NCBI GenBank assembly: GCA_028534125.1
Contig: CM052816.1
Location: forward strand, 33,296,001 to 33,360,000
Reading direction: 5' to 3'
From: Lama glama
Lineage: Eukaryota
DNA length: 64,000 nt
The notes under the pieces are model-generated. The model was not told the DNA's origin. It saw only the letters and a list, made by a program, of their open reading frames with translations, and did no database searches. Below are positions 50,480-63,476 of this stretch, one piece after another. Numbering within the stretch: the stretch's first letter is position 1; the number at the start of each line of letters is the position of its first letter. A program made the position numbers and the translations under genes.

Positions 50480-53400
50480 AAAACTGTTCTTTGGAGATTT
50501 AAATTTGTTTCCTTGGACAATTATGTGGCTATTACTTAAAAAACAAAACAAAACAAACAAAAAAAACATATGTAAGCTTTATATGTATATCACAAAGACC
50601 ACAGATAAAAGAATGATTGGCATTCAAATAAGAAAGAGTATAAACATTATCCTCTAACTTGTTTACTAATAATCCTTTTTGCTTGATAGCTGTAGTTCAT
50701 TGAGCATAAAGAATGACTTAAACATCTGTCACCTGTCTGCTGTTCCCACTCAGTGAACTCATAGGACATCTTAGAATGTCAAGGGAAACACAGCAACATG
50801 TCAGAAATATAGTACTACTATTACATTGTTTGGACCTAACAATGAATGGGCATGTGAGTTAATTCTTTTGGCTTGGGGGCCATGAAAATATTACTGACAT
50901 TAAGCGTGCAAGGATAGAAACACTTTGAAAAAAGTAATAATCTTGGCAACAAAAAATGTAAACAAAATTGTAGCTCATTAATGTTATTTGTATGCTACTG
51001 TATATTAGCTGCATGATAGGCTATAAAAATAGGTGAAGTTAAAAAGAGGCAGTTATGACAGTTGTCAATTTATAGTCATTCTTACTTATATCCTTTACAA
51101 ACCAGATTAATCACCATATACATATCAAGGAAAGGACAAACCTAGTAAATTTTTATCATCCACAACTGATGGTCAGAGTTAGAGAGTGCTTAGGTAAAAC
51201 AGCAGCTTTCAAAAATTCTAATATGAAGCCTATTGTATTTGAGTAGCCCAAAATAACCTCTTAAATGAAAAATAAAGATTATCATATAATCTGACTGAAG
51301 ATTAAGTATCTGTCGTTTTTAACACAGTGAACCACAGCAAAGATTACACAGATATAAATATTCCCTAGCTATGGGTATTCCAGGTCAATTTTCAAAATGT
51401 GCTGAAAACAACTATTTAAGACGAACAGTGTGATTTTGCAGTCTAAGCATTGCTGTTTATAGTTTCAAACTAAATTCTGGGCCACTGAAGGCTCCACATT
51501 CCTCCAACCAGGCTGGGATAATCTTTCCAGGATTTAAGAGTATTTCAAAGTCCCAGAGGGTGGCCTGACAGCCAGAGAGATGGAACAAAACATTGGTCTG
51601 GGATAAGTGGTAGCAAACCAAGTCATGGGAAGAGCAAATGATTGGTGGAATCCCATTTTCCATTACTGACTATACCAATATTCAAACAGTATCACTTTCA
51701 GTCAAAGCATGGAAGAGGTCTTCTCCCATTTGGCTCATTTGAGCCCGACCAATTCAGATGCCTGGGGTCTTCTCTACCGCAATGTCTGATTCCTGCCAAA
51801 GACTCAGATGGTCCACTCTCATGGCAAGGCTTCCATCTCGTCCTAGGTGACCTCTAAGCCAGGTGACAGGAAAAAGGCTGTATCTTGAGGGGTGTTAAAA
51901 TCATACAATCAAATCCTCTAGAGTATATCATAGACAGTGTATGAACATTAGAATTTTAAACGAGCAAACATAAATTAGTCGTTTGTTATTGCTCTCCAAG
52001 GTAGTATGTAAATGGTTGAGCTTTGTGAGCTAAGACATATTATCTGATCTCAAGTGACATTTGAAAGTAACAATGACAAAAACTGGCCCTTAATAGATCA
52101 GGATATAGAAAAAGGAAATGCTGAACTTGGTTACCATGGATGGATAGCTGTTATCTCTCCAGTGATTTGTCAAGGAGCCAGAAACTCACCCTGAGTTGTG
52201 CCAGGGGGAGAAAAGGACTTTGAACAAAAAGTTTTATAGAAAATTATTTGTTAAATTTCTGCTTATCATATGGTTATGAATAGTACAATACCAATATTAA
52301 GACTATATATGCATAAATGTTTAAAAAAACACTGAAGATACACACATAGTCTAACCAGTAAGCAGTATTTGACCAGTAAATGCTCAAAGTTAGCAACAAC
52401 CCTGATCAGGAACATACCAGTGATGAACAATAAGGAAATTGGAATATGACCTAATAGGCAGTAATTACAAGGATATTACAAATCCTATTACGTAGTTTAA
52501 TGTCTGGAAATTTTGCACCAGCTAAAGTAGACCTTGATAACCAGACTGAACACTCTGCAATGACAAGTAAATTACATAATGGCATTGTAATTATGTAATT
52601 GACTCTGCTCTGTGTATTTATGTCAATTTATGTGGAGTCGATCTCATCAAGAAAAACCTAGCTCTGATTCACTTTGTTGACTTTTTTTTTTTTTGCATTG
52701 CTTTGCAAGGACAATCCTAAAACAGAATAAATGGTTTACTAATTTTATCCTTTGCCTTTTCTGGCATTTACTTCTTTTCTTTTTCTGATTTGAAATTCAG
52801 CCAAATGCTTCTGTGAAACAACTGAATTATGAAACAAAATGGCTGTCTCTAAATCTTTCTGCAGGAAACTCACTGGGAGTTACCTTGCATGTGAAACTGG
52901 AAATAGGGATTGCTAAACATTCTAAATTACAAATATGTTTAAAATACTGTGTAATTGAAGTCACAGTAAAAGGCAAACTGTTTCTTTTCAAGTTTGCCAC
53001 TAAAAATGGCTATAGAATTTTGAGCATTATTGTGAAATAGCAATATGTAAGAAAATGTTAAAGTCTTTTGAATCCATGTGTAATGGCAGTATTGATTAAA
53101 CCTTTCTAAGGAAATCTAAAAAATGCCAGCCATGGCCATATTCACATTTAAGGGATAACTAGGATGACATCATCATCCTTATCATACAGTCTTTCTCATG
53201 CAAATTCGGTATGCTTCAAAAGATTTTTAGAAAGAAATATTACCTGCAGCACAAGGATGGTGTCCAGCTTATTTCAGGCCTACAAAATTCCATTCAAGTT
53301 CAGTGCACACTCTTTCCTGAATGAACACACATGGTTTGCCTACAGTAGATTTTGGTACATGAGAACCAAAATCATGGCAGTACTCAGGAGACGTTAGCCT

Positions 53401-53688
53401 GCAGTCAAGATTCCAGGGCCCAGAGAGGGATGAGAGGAACTGTGGCCAAAAGACAACTTATCAATGCCCAGGCAAGTATTATTTTCTAAAAGTCAAGTTG
53501 GGAAATACTCTTCATTTGAAGCATATGAATAAGTAGAAGTGGCCAATAGAGTTTTTACTCATTTCAGTCTATGACATTTTTGAAACAGCTTTTTGGCCTT
53601 CTACTAACTTATTTGTGTGGAAAACTGAGGCAGCTCAAATCTAAGCATAGAAATTCATGTGTCATTTTGCTTAAAAAGTGCTCTAGAT

Positions 53689-53960
53689 CAGTGCTCTTCC
53701 AGTATAGTAGCCACTAGTCACATGTGGCTATTGAGCATTTGTACTAAAGGTGTAACATACAACTCTTGCTTTTGAAAACTTAGTATAAAAATAAAAAATT
53801 TAAAAGATCTCTTTTTCATATTGATTATATATTGGAATAATAGTTTGGACATATTAGATTAAAATATAGAGTTAACTTGCTTTTTTTACTTTTAAAATAT
53901 GGCTAAGAGATAATTTAAAATTACATACATGGTTTATATCATATTTATATTAGCACTTGT
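53689..53960. mobile_element. hAT-Charlie MITE (MER3/MER33-like)
   Basis: cagtgct...gtagccactagtcacatgtggctattgagcattt...tttaaaattacatacatgg. Confidence 0.65.
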
Positions 53961-56939
53961 TCTAGACAGTAACTTCTACAGCCATACTGTTCTAATTTCT
54001 ACCTTATTTACATATTCATGGGACAAATGAGCTCTTATGGTCTGAGAAAAACCACTGGGATTCCAACTAGACTTTTTAAATGGGGGAAATAATTCAAGAT
54101 TGTCCTTCTTTATGGCAAAATAGTTTGTGTTATGTATCTGAACTTATCTGTAAACAAAAATTAATAATGTAACATAATAACTGTCAGCTCTAAAAAGCAA
54201 GATGTAATTGTTGTTTTTTGCTAAAATTCCCTTAATTATTTTGCTTTGTGACTATATTGTCCATTAAGGTAACATTATGAAATAGCCCATCAAGTTAAGT
54301 TTCTATCTGCATTAGTCTAACATTATTTAGCTAAATTATCTTTGAGATAGATAATATACCCCATTTTAACAAGCAATATAAATGTTTACTGCTCTCTCAA
54401 AAATGTTAAAAATGTTAAATCGTATCCCTATAAAATCTTAGATTGAATCATCTGGCTAAAATGACCAATTCCTATGAAAGTTTGCCTTGTTTTCCACTGA
54501 AATGACTAAATCAGTCACTATTTACGCATTATCAGGACAATCTTTAACATACAAGTCAAAATTTAAAACTCCCACTGATTTTTAGAGAGTGCAATTTACA
54601 GGTTAAAAAAGAGAAAATTACCCTCACACCCTCAAGTACTCACCAAGGAACAGGCATGTGTACTCATTTAAATGGGTAAATTCTTACACACACATTGGTC
54701 TTGGCGTTTGCAGTGCTCTTCACACTGCACAGTCCACAGGTCCAGCCAGTGCCGTCGGCCCTGAGTGCTGGAATGATCCAATGACTGCCTTGGAACAATA
54801 CGGAGGTGGGCTGCGAGGGACAAGATGTTCTTATCTTCCAACTAGTAACTGCCACTTTCCATTAAGATTCCTTTCCCTCTCTTCTTCCCCTTTCCAATAT
54901 GTGGGACATTTACCATATATACTGCTAAGTCTCTGTGGGAAAAGTATACCAGGAATTGGTCTTTTAAAATGGAAGTCTTAATGCTTGGGGAAGAAGTCAT
55001 TTTTAAAGGTTAAAATTAGTAAGCCCCTTATAATAGGTAAAATCGGAATTCTGAGAGAGAATAAAGAAGAAACAATAAAGAAGATAAAGTACTATTAGTT
55101 CATAAAAATAAAATGAATCATAAAACAATCTCTCTCTGAGACCAGATGTGCCCTTAAGGGCTTTTTCCTGCATGTCAGTGGTCTGTCAGGCCCCTATAGA
55201 ACGGAAGACGAGAAGTTCTATCTCATTTCCTTCTCTTGAGAACAGTAGTAAAGGAAGATTTATACTTGGAAAGCAGAATGTCTGCAAGGTCCAAAAGCCC
55301 TCAGAAACCAGAGATTTAATTTCATTTTCCCACTTAATAGTTTTGAGGAAGAGCCAAAAGAATTTAAGATCATTTTTTTGATGAAAATTTTTATGTGATA
55401 GTCATTTTTATTGTCCATCATTTTTGCCTGAAAATAATCCTTTTTTAAAATTAAGGAAACCTACTAAAAATGTGATGCATAATTAACCTGATGAAAATGT
55501 TCATTTCAGCTCAATCTTGAAATAAATCTGAGGTACTTGGAATTTAACTGTGATTTTTATAAGGGAGATGTGTTCACATGAAAACCGAAGAAAAATCTTT
55601 TGGGGAACAAAAGGTAAAATATTAGGTCTAATGTTATAGCTTCTCAAGATTCTGATTTAAAATCTGTTTTTTCTTTATTTCTTTTTGTTTTTGTTTATTA
55701 AAGAAAGTAACAAGTTGCATTATCCTAAATTTCTTGACCTGGAAACTTTCAAAACTACATTGTAAATTATGGGTGCTTCCATTCCAAATATGAGAAAAAG
55801 ATATACTAGCTTTTCAGAAATGTCTTTAGTTCATAAGCATTATATCTAAATAACCATCAACTGAAGGAAAAAAGGACTTTTATAAGCAAAAATATTTCCT
55901 TATGATAGTAAAGTCAATAAAGAATGATCTTATAGTGGGATATTCCCACTCTATTCAGATATTTTGGCACCAGCCCTTAGGGTAGATTTTTCAAAATATT
56001 TGAAATTTGGTGATTAGAGAGTTTATCCATAAAAATGTTCCTATTCTTAAAGTTGTACAAGCTCATGAATAAATTCAATTTTACCTGAAAAATGACAGGG
56101 AGTCAGTCTTTGTTACTGTAAGTTCTAGTCTTATCTCCTTTTCTTCCCTAAATTTCTTTATTCCACCCTAAGTGTTGTTCATCAGAAGGACTTCTTACTA
56201 GAGGACAAGTGAAGGAAAGAATACATTCCTCAGCATGAGTTTATAAAATACTTCTTCCAGGACTGTAAAATGGCAGGATTTTGTGATAGGACATTTTTGG
56301 TTATTAGTAATATGGTATATATAAATAAAGACAAGATAAAAAAAGCATTCTCTTTACAAGCTTTAGGGGCATACAGTTTCATAGCCCTTAAAGTATGCTT
56401 CAATTTCTTACCATTATATGTGGATTTTTTTTTCACATACCATACAACTATAACCTAACCACTTTCTTGAAAACAGTTTGAACACATTATTGAAAATATT
56501 GTGACTGTCATGGGAACACATGCTCTAACTAGTATTAGCTGAGCAACAGTCCAAAGGAATTACTGCCTTGTGAAGAAATCAAAGCATATAGGATGGCTAG
56601 GCTTTCAAAGCAAAAACAATTTGTTGCTATTTACTTCAAATGTGTGCTACTGGTCCCTGAAAATGTATGTTTTTAAATGTTATGTTGTGTTTACTTACTT
56701 GCATTTTCAAATTTAATTCATCGGTATTAGGTATCCATTACGTACCATAGAAGACATTATTTTTTCATAAAGCAGTCACATGCATTGAAGTTAGGATTAC
56801 CAACTGATATATATGTATTTTGTTTTGCACCCCCAAAACAGAATCACTATAGTGCACATCATGCTTCCACCCCTTCCCTGCTGAAGGACAAAATGCATAA
56901 AGTGCCAGGATTTGGCTCCCAGATTGGAAGGAAGCCAAT

Positions 56940-57380
56940 TTAGTTCTCTGGCAGGATCACATCATTCTGCTGAACTCCAAATTCCAGAGCAGGGTTTTCT
57001 TGCTCTTCCTTAGAGGCTGCTGCTTCCTCAGTAGTCTTCAGCTTTTCCTCCACTAGGCCCTCTTCTATTTCCGGATCAGCCTCCTTTATTCCATCCTCCA
57101 TTGCCTCGGACACCATCTTGGTGGCCTCAGCAGCATTTATATCAGCATCTTTAACCTCGTCTACGGCCTGCACCTTCAACAGCTCAGCCTCTGCCCCCTC
57201 AATTGCCACGCAGGCCCCATCTCCTTGAATTTTCTCTCCTTCTGTAATAACTTTAACATCCTCATTGCCATCTTGAGTTGGAGATGGCTCTCGGCTGGCC
57301 TTCTGGCTCTCCTGGATGCTGCCATGGCTGCTGCTGGCACTTCCCAGCCGGGAAGAGGCTACTACGGCCTTCACTGCTGC
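56940..57380 (-). CDS. CAMK4: CAMK4 (Ca2+/calmodulin-dependent kinase IV) last coding exon
   Basis: ccaattag| AAVKAVVASSRLGSASSSHGSIQES...QQNDVILPEN* ; end of the CaM-binding segment and acidic tail; TAA at 56942-56940. Confidence 0.95.
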   Translation of the reverse strand, partial: AAVKAVVASSRLGSASSSHGSIQESQKASREPSPTQDGNEDVKVITEGEKIQGDGACVAIEGAEAELLKVQAVDEVKDADINAAEATKMVSEAMEDGIKEADPEIEEGLVEEKLKTTEEAAASKEEQENPALEFGVQQNDVILPEN

Positions 57381-58434
57381 CTAATTGGAAACAGAAAAAT
57401 GTCAGGTGTTACTTCCACTTAAAATCACAAATCAGAGCTCAATCTCAATTTTGCACTCAGGGAGTTTGTTATTATATGGTAGTGTTTAATCTCTGAAAGT
57501 ATATTATTTCAAGATTGTCTAATGAAAACTTGTTGAGAGAATAAACAGCAAAAGCTTTTTAATCTCAAATTAATGTATTTAATCATCTGGACAACTGAAA
57601 GCCTGAGTAAATGCATTTTCCAATGGACTACTAGGTTTCAAAAATTTTAGATTGTGTTTCCCAAAGTATGTGTTTCATGGAACACTAGTTCCATGGATAT
57701 TAATAGGTAGTACGGAGAAAAGAGTTCCACCATCAAATTTGTTTGAGAAATCCTGGGTTAGGTCAGAGTTATTTAATCTAGAGTATTTAAAATTAATTTG
57801 ACCATGGAACCCTTCAGGTTTATTTAGTATCAGCCTGTAAGCAATTGCTGAAGAGAAAACTATTTTTGACCACCAAATGTTCTCTGAGATCCCCTGTACA
57901 TATCGCTAGTCCTAAACACCATTATGTAAGAGAAAAGCAGCTAATCTCTATTCCATATATATTCAACAAAAGAGATATATTTCGGTTGATAACATTCCCT
58001 ATCACTTGAATTATTTTAAATTTTTACCAAATATGATAATTATTTACCTATATTACAAAATAAAGGTATTAAAATTGTTTCCCAATTTTTGCATATTCAG
58101 AAAGAAGAGAACTTTCTGAATAAATATCAGCTTCCTGAACAATTCAGTTCAAGCAGTTCAGCCTTAAGTGAGAAGCAGTGATAATGTATTTGTTTGGTGA
58201 GTTAATCTCAACTTACAACATATTTCCCTTTATTAACAACGAATTCTTATGAGAGGATAACAGAACTGTGTGTGCTTTACACCAGCACTGTTGGGATTTC
58301 AAAGCAGGATTTTTCCTGGTACCACAGGAGACGAATAATAGTATTAGATAAATAATAGTGGACTTAATTATCTTTGATCGTCAAGATATGAGTGAAATCT
58401 TTTTTTAAATAAAATGAAATAAATGCCATCTTAC

Positions 58435-58587
58435 CTTCAGCTTGCGCCGGGCATTGAATTCTTGGAGCTTCTTCTGAGCCGTATCCATGTGTACAAAATT
58501 GGCTGCTTTACCTGTGACCCAGGGGTGCTGGAGAGCTTGGAAGGTAGTCAGCCTTTTCTTAGGATCCAACACAATTAATTTTCTGAC
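58435..58587 (-). CDS. CAMK4: CAMK4 penultimate coding exon
   Basis: tttcag| VRKLIVLDPKKRLTTFQALQHPWVTGKAANFVHMDTAQKKLQEFNARRKLK |gtaaga; 153 nt; kinase subdomain XI and autoinhibitory segment. Confidence 0.96.
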
Positions 58588-60369
58588 CTGAAAAATAATA
58601 AAGAACCACAGACTTCTTAGGGAGATTTTTATGTTGACCGGGGCTTGTCCCTCATCGTGTGAACTTCTAGGTCTTATTCTATTTCCTTGGCAGTACACTA
58701 AATATACATTAAAAAAAAATTAAGCCCCAAGAGGTCACTTCAGGTAGCATCAGCTGAGGAAGTCTGAGAAGATGGTGGTGTGCACTACCTGAGAACCCCA
58801 ACTGGCAGACAGCTTGACCACAGAGGTCAAAGAAACAAGTCCTGCCTTGCCTATGGACTGGAAGTTCTTTGAAGGAGAACCAGCATCTGAATAATTCCAG
58901 GCTGCACTCCACATCACTCAGAATTCAGAACTTAAAATACATCTCAATGGAGATGGAATCGTTCATGCATCCATCATTCTATGGGGACTGAATGGCAAAT
59001 GAAAGGGGTAGTATCATAGCCATTCTGATTATACTATGATTCCATCATGAACTTCATAGCTCTCTCTAATCTCTTGGGGGTACCTGAAGACATAAGCCAA
59101 GAGCTGGAGTAAAAGCCTATTTAAAATCAAAGCAAAGGTGTCAGTGGCTTTGGGGTATGATTTGTTTAAAGGACTGAATTCAAACCAGTGTAGTCCATTC
59201 TGGGAGGTTTACCTTCTTGTAAGGATGAGCAGACAGTAAATTGCCAGGAAGATCAACAAACAAAATAATCCCCAGCCCTGGTCTCAGGAGGGGTGACCCG
59301 GAGTGGGGGTAGAGAATATCTGGATCAGGAGGCATGTTCAAATACAACTTGGTCAAGGTCTCTAACTAATTCTGTGACCTTAGATTAAAAACCCACATAT
59401 GAAGTGGGTAAATGGACGCCCTCCTGGGTCCTTTTTTCACATGACCTCATTTCTACCCAAATTCCTTTCTATATGCATTCTTAAGTGCACATAACATTTT
59501 AAAAATTCATGTAATCCTTTCCATAACCTTATTAATTAGTAACTGTTAGCTCCAATTCATATATGAGCAATAGAAGGAAGCTCAGGAAGATTTAATGACT
59601 TGTCTAAGGTCAGACAACTTGTAACTGGTGGAGGCTATACTCAAAACTCAGGTTGGTCTTACCTTAGAGCCTGTCTCATGCACTACACCATACTGCCTCC
59701 AAGGCAGTCAACCTCTCTGGGTTTCAGTCTGCCAATGTGTAAAATGAGGGGCTTTGGATGATTTAAGGCATAAGGTCTTTTCTAACTCTCATAACCTAAG
59801 AACTGAACACAGGTTAACAAAATCAGGTAAGTCGAATGAGGAATAAATACTTGGTTTTCCTTTCACTTTCTTTCTGTAGCATTTGCAAAGAAATGTGGGG
59901 GAGGAGGGTAGAGACACTGAATTTGAAAAGGGTAAAGACATAAGACTGCTTAGGCTTAAACTCAGACAGGAGGTGGAGGGAGATAAGAAAGACTAAGAGA
60001 AAGAATGCATGGTAGTAAATACAAATCTGATAGGAGTCATAGCTATCATCTGTTGAACACATATACTAATAATTTTATATAAATGACACCTAATCCTTAC
60101 AACATCCTTGACAAGTAGGTATTTCCCTCTCATTTTCCAATTATCCGTTTCCTCTTTCTCATCAATACCATCTTCCTCTGCATGAAAATACAAAGAATTT
60201 ACTGAAAGCTAGTATGTACCAAAAATTTCTAGATGTCATTTATTAATTTTTTATCCGAAGATACTGATGCACTGAATTATTGAGAAATTTGCTGAAGATC
60301 AGAGAGATCCAGTGATCTTGTCAAGTTTCAAACCCAAAGCCTTGCCATTATCCTATAGCTACGCTAATG

Positions 60370-60750
60370 AGGGACTGTAAGTCTGGTGTGCTGGAAGGGA
60401 GAGTAAGGGAGAGCGATGTGAAACGTCACAAGAAAGGGTGACAGGCTCCAGATGAGCTAATGTTGTGTAGAGCTTGTTAAAGAGTTTGGAGTTTATCCCC
60501 AGAGCCTGAAAGCAGGACAGTGACATGATGTGATTTACTTATAAGACCATTCCTTTGGACCCTGTGTGGAAAGGGTACTTGAGAAGGGCACAAGAAGAGG
60601 CCAGGAGACCAGACAGGAAGTTGTGGCTGTGGACCAGGAGAGGATGGGGCGAAGACTGGGACAGCTGTGGTGGAGGTGGAGAGAAGTGGATGGACCCAAG
60701 AGATGTTTAGAAGTGTAGGGCTTGACGTGAGGGAGGAGCTGGGATGACAC
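60370..60750. mobile_element. L2 LINE fragment
   Basis: gagtttggagtttatcc...gtgacatgatgtgattt...gaggtggagagaagtggatggac. Confidence 0.55.
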
Positions 60751-61664
60751 ATCCCCATATCACACCACTGCATCTCTTCCCAGATACACTGGAAAAGCCT
60801 TGGCCTGTATGGAATCCGTTTTCATGAAAGAACATGGATGGTAAGGAGGGAAAATGGTTAAGTGGTCTGGAAACCTGGATTCTTAGTTCTTAATAATGCC
60901 TTTTGCTGGGAAGCTGTGTGCACTTGGACAGTCATTTCTCTTCTCTGGGCTTTAGCACACTCCTCTTTAAAATGTGGGGAAGATTAGATGACTCCTAGAC
61001 CCCTTGGAGATCTAACCTTCTATGATTCAAAAGTCGTCTTTTAGTTATTTCTGCATGGTTTTTCTCTAGAGGATTGATGGTAAATAGTTCACTCACATAC
61101 TAGTATTCTTATTTTAGAATAGGTGAATCAACTCCCCAGAGTGGGAGTGTTTCTTGAATGCAAACAAACTTCAAGTTTCCTGAAGTGAGAAGCCAAATAA
61201 AACAAACAAAAAAACCCAGACAAAATGTACAATGTAACTGGTTTATAATGCCAATCATGCATGATGGGGCCAGTTTTACTACCAGGATATTTTAGTAAGT
61301 TTGTAGTATTTCAAGAAGCAATGTTGTTTTATTCAAAGTATAACTAATCTAGGTGATAACAAGCCATTTTAAAACAGAATTCTTCTGCATAAGTTATGTT
61401 TGGATTCACCCAGCACAGCTGTCTTCATAAGCAAGGCTCTACACTGACTAGGTGGTTAAAACTCATTAATTAATATGGCAGTAATTTATAATTTGTGATG
61501 ATTCAGCTAGAGATAAATATATCTGTTTTTCATTATCTATAAGGAAAATGCACTAATGTGCATTGTTTTCATTAAAAGTATTTTGCAATTAAAAGGAAAT
61601 AAGATAGTAAGAAGGGCAAATTTAAAAAATGGCATTGCCCATTAATTCTTTAAAAATGCATGTA

Positions 61665-61741
61665 TGACTGAAGCATTGTGCTGTACACTAGAAACTGGCA
61701 TAACATTGTAAACTGACTATACCTCAATACAAAAAAAAGAA
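61665..61741 (+). mobile_element. Ultra-short L1 3' tip with TSD
   Basis: tgtgctgtacactagaaactg...cattgtaaactgactatacctcaa plus an A tail; TSD aaaaatgcatgta (61652-61664) / aaaaatgaatgta (61742-61754). Confidence 0.7.
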
Positions 61742-61799
61742 AAAAATGAATGTAAGGATTTTATTTCATTTTGTTACATTTTATTTCCATCACACTTAC

Positions 61800-61926
61800 C
61801 AAATCCTTGGCATTTAGAGATACTTCATCCCACCAGGGGGAGATAAAGTAATATTCACAATTAAGAATTCTCCTGAACATAAACTGATCACCTCTTTCAT
61901 CATAGAATGGTTCAAATCCACAAAGT
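61800..61926 (-). CDS. CAMK4: CAMK4 third-to-last coding exon; gene continues beyond the right edge
   Basis: ctctag|A LCGFEPFYDERGDQFMFRRILNCEYYFISPWWDEVSLNAKDL |gtaagt; 127 nt, kinase subdomains IX-X. Confidence 0.96.
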
Positions 61927-63460
61927 CTAGAGGGACAAAATACAGAGAATAAAATATTTTTAGAAGCCTAAGTACATTTCATCAATTTTCTGCAGAAATT
62001 CAAGACTGTCCTTTTTCACAGCTTCCTGTTATCAAGGTAAGTCTGCTCAGCACAAGTATGTAATGGTCCCGTTAACAGTTCACTTTTGATTGCATATACA
62101 CACAATCATGTCTTCAGGAAGTAAGAATAGACACAAAGCCAATTTAAGATTTCTATAAAAAATTATAACACAAAACAACAATAATAATAGCTAACACTAC
62201 TAGAGGTGCCATGCTATAGTGCTATTTCCATGGATTTTTTTTTTCACCAGGAATTAAGAAGACAGACAGATTGATTAGAGTTCCAACTTACTACAGAATG
62301 GAAAAGTTAGGATTTGAGAATAAAAAAGTGAAAAGGTGGAAGGAAACGTTTTTAGTCATTTTTACTCAGCCTTATTCACTGACTTCTTCCACAGAGGTAA
62401 ATAAAATATTAGATTTCCATTCTATTCCAGTTTGAATTTGAGAATGAACAAAGATAGGCGCTGACACTATTGTCAGGGAATGGCCTCTTAGAACTTACCG
62501 TGGTGAGCACATGCAGCCAGCAGAGCTGAGCAGCCTAGCGTTACCTTGACCTTGTGTATGACCCTCACTTTTGCACATCTCAAAGACATCTCACTATGTT
62601 CACCTTCATCTTTCACCACAGGTCTGCGTAAAAATGTATGAGAAAAGTGGGAGAAAAGAAACAGAGAGAACCACCTCTGGCATCCTAAAGAGAGAGGGGA
62701 AAAGCGAGTCGCCAGTCTCTGACCTCCAAACCTCCAAAGTTTATAGGTGGACGGAGGTTCTGAAATCACTAGAGACCAAAAGGGAACTATAAAAATATCC
62801 CTGCCAGGGCATGTGCTGCATTTGAAAAAGAATGAAGGAAAAAGAATGAACAAATTACAGAACATTTTCCTAAATTCTTCCTTCAAATTGGCCAGGCTGG
62901 TGCAGAGCATGAAATGTTCCAGTGCAGCCTAACGTAGTGGGTTTCTAGGAAGAAGCAATTTCTCATGTCCCTTTCTTTGCTCAGGAAACGTCCCATTGGG
63001 AGAGTCTCTGTATCTCTCAAATGTTCTGGAGTCAGGCAGGAAAAGGTAAGGCTCAGGGAGGGCTGAGTGTCCCCCCTCTCCCCGCACAGCCACACCACAG
63101 AGAATCCTGTTCCAGCCTAAGGTGAGAAGGGAGTGTATGTCCACACCTTACCAAGGAGGCAGCTCAGTCTCACCTGGCCCTCCTCTGCCCTCACATCACT
63201 AGAAAATTACAGCCTATTGTTGGCTAGTCGTAGAGAAATTAGCCAACTCTCCAGGCTTAGTTTAGGGAACTCTTATGTTTCCCCTTTCAGAAATGTAGAG
63301 GGAAAAATGACAGTTCAGAAGGCACAGTACTCAAATGCCTTTCTTTCATCTAAATCATGTCAGCAAATCTGTGCACTGGTGACAGAGGTAAAAGGTTTAT
63401 GTCATCAGCCTGAAATGCCAAAAATGGAAGAAAGGTAACACAGAGCAGCACACTTGTGTA

Positions 63461-63476
63461 CACACACACACACACA
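63461..63476. repeat. (CA)8 microsatellite
   Basis: Seen directly. Confidence 0.85.
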
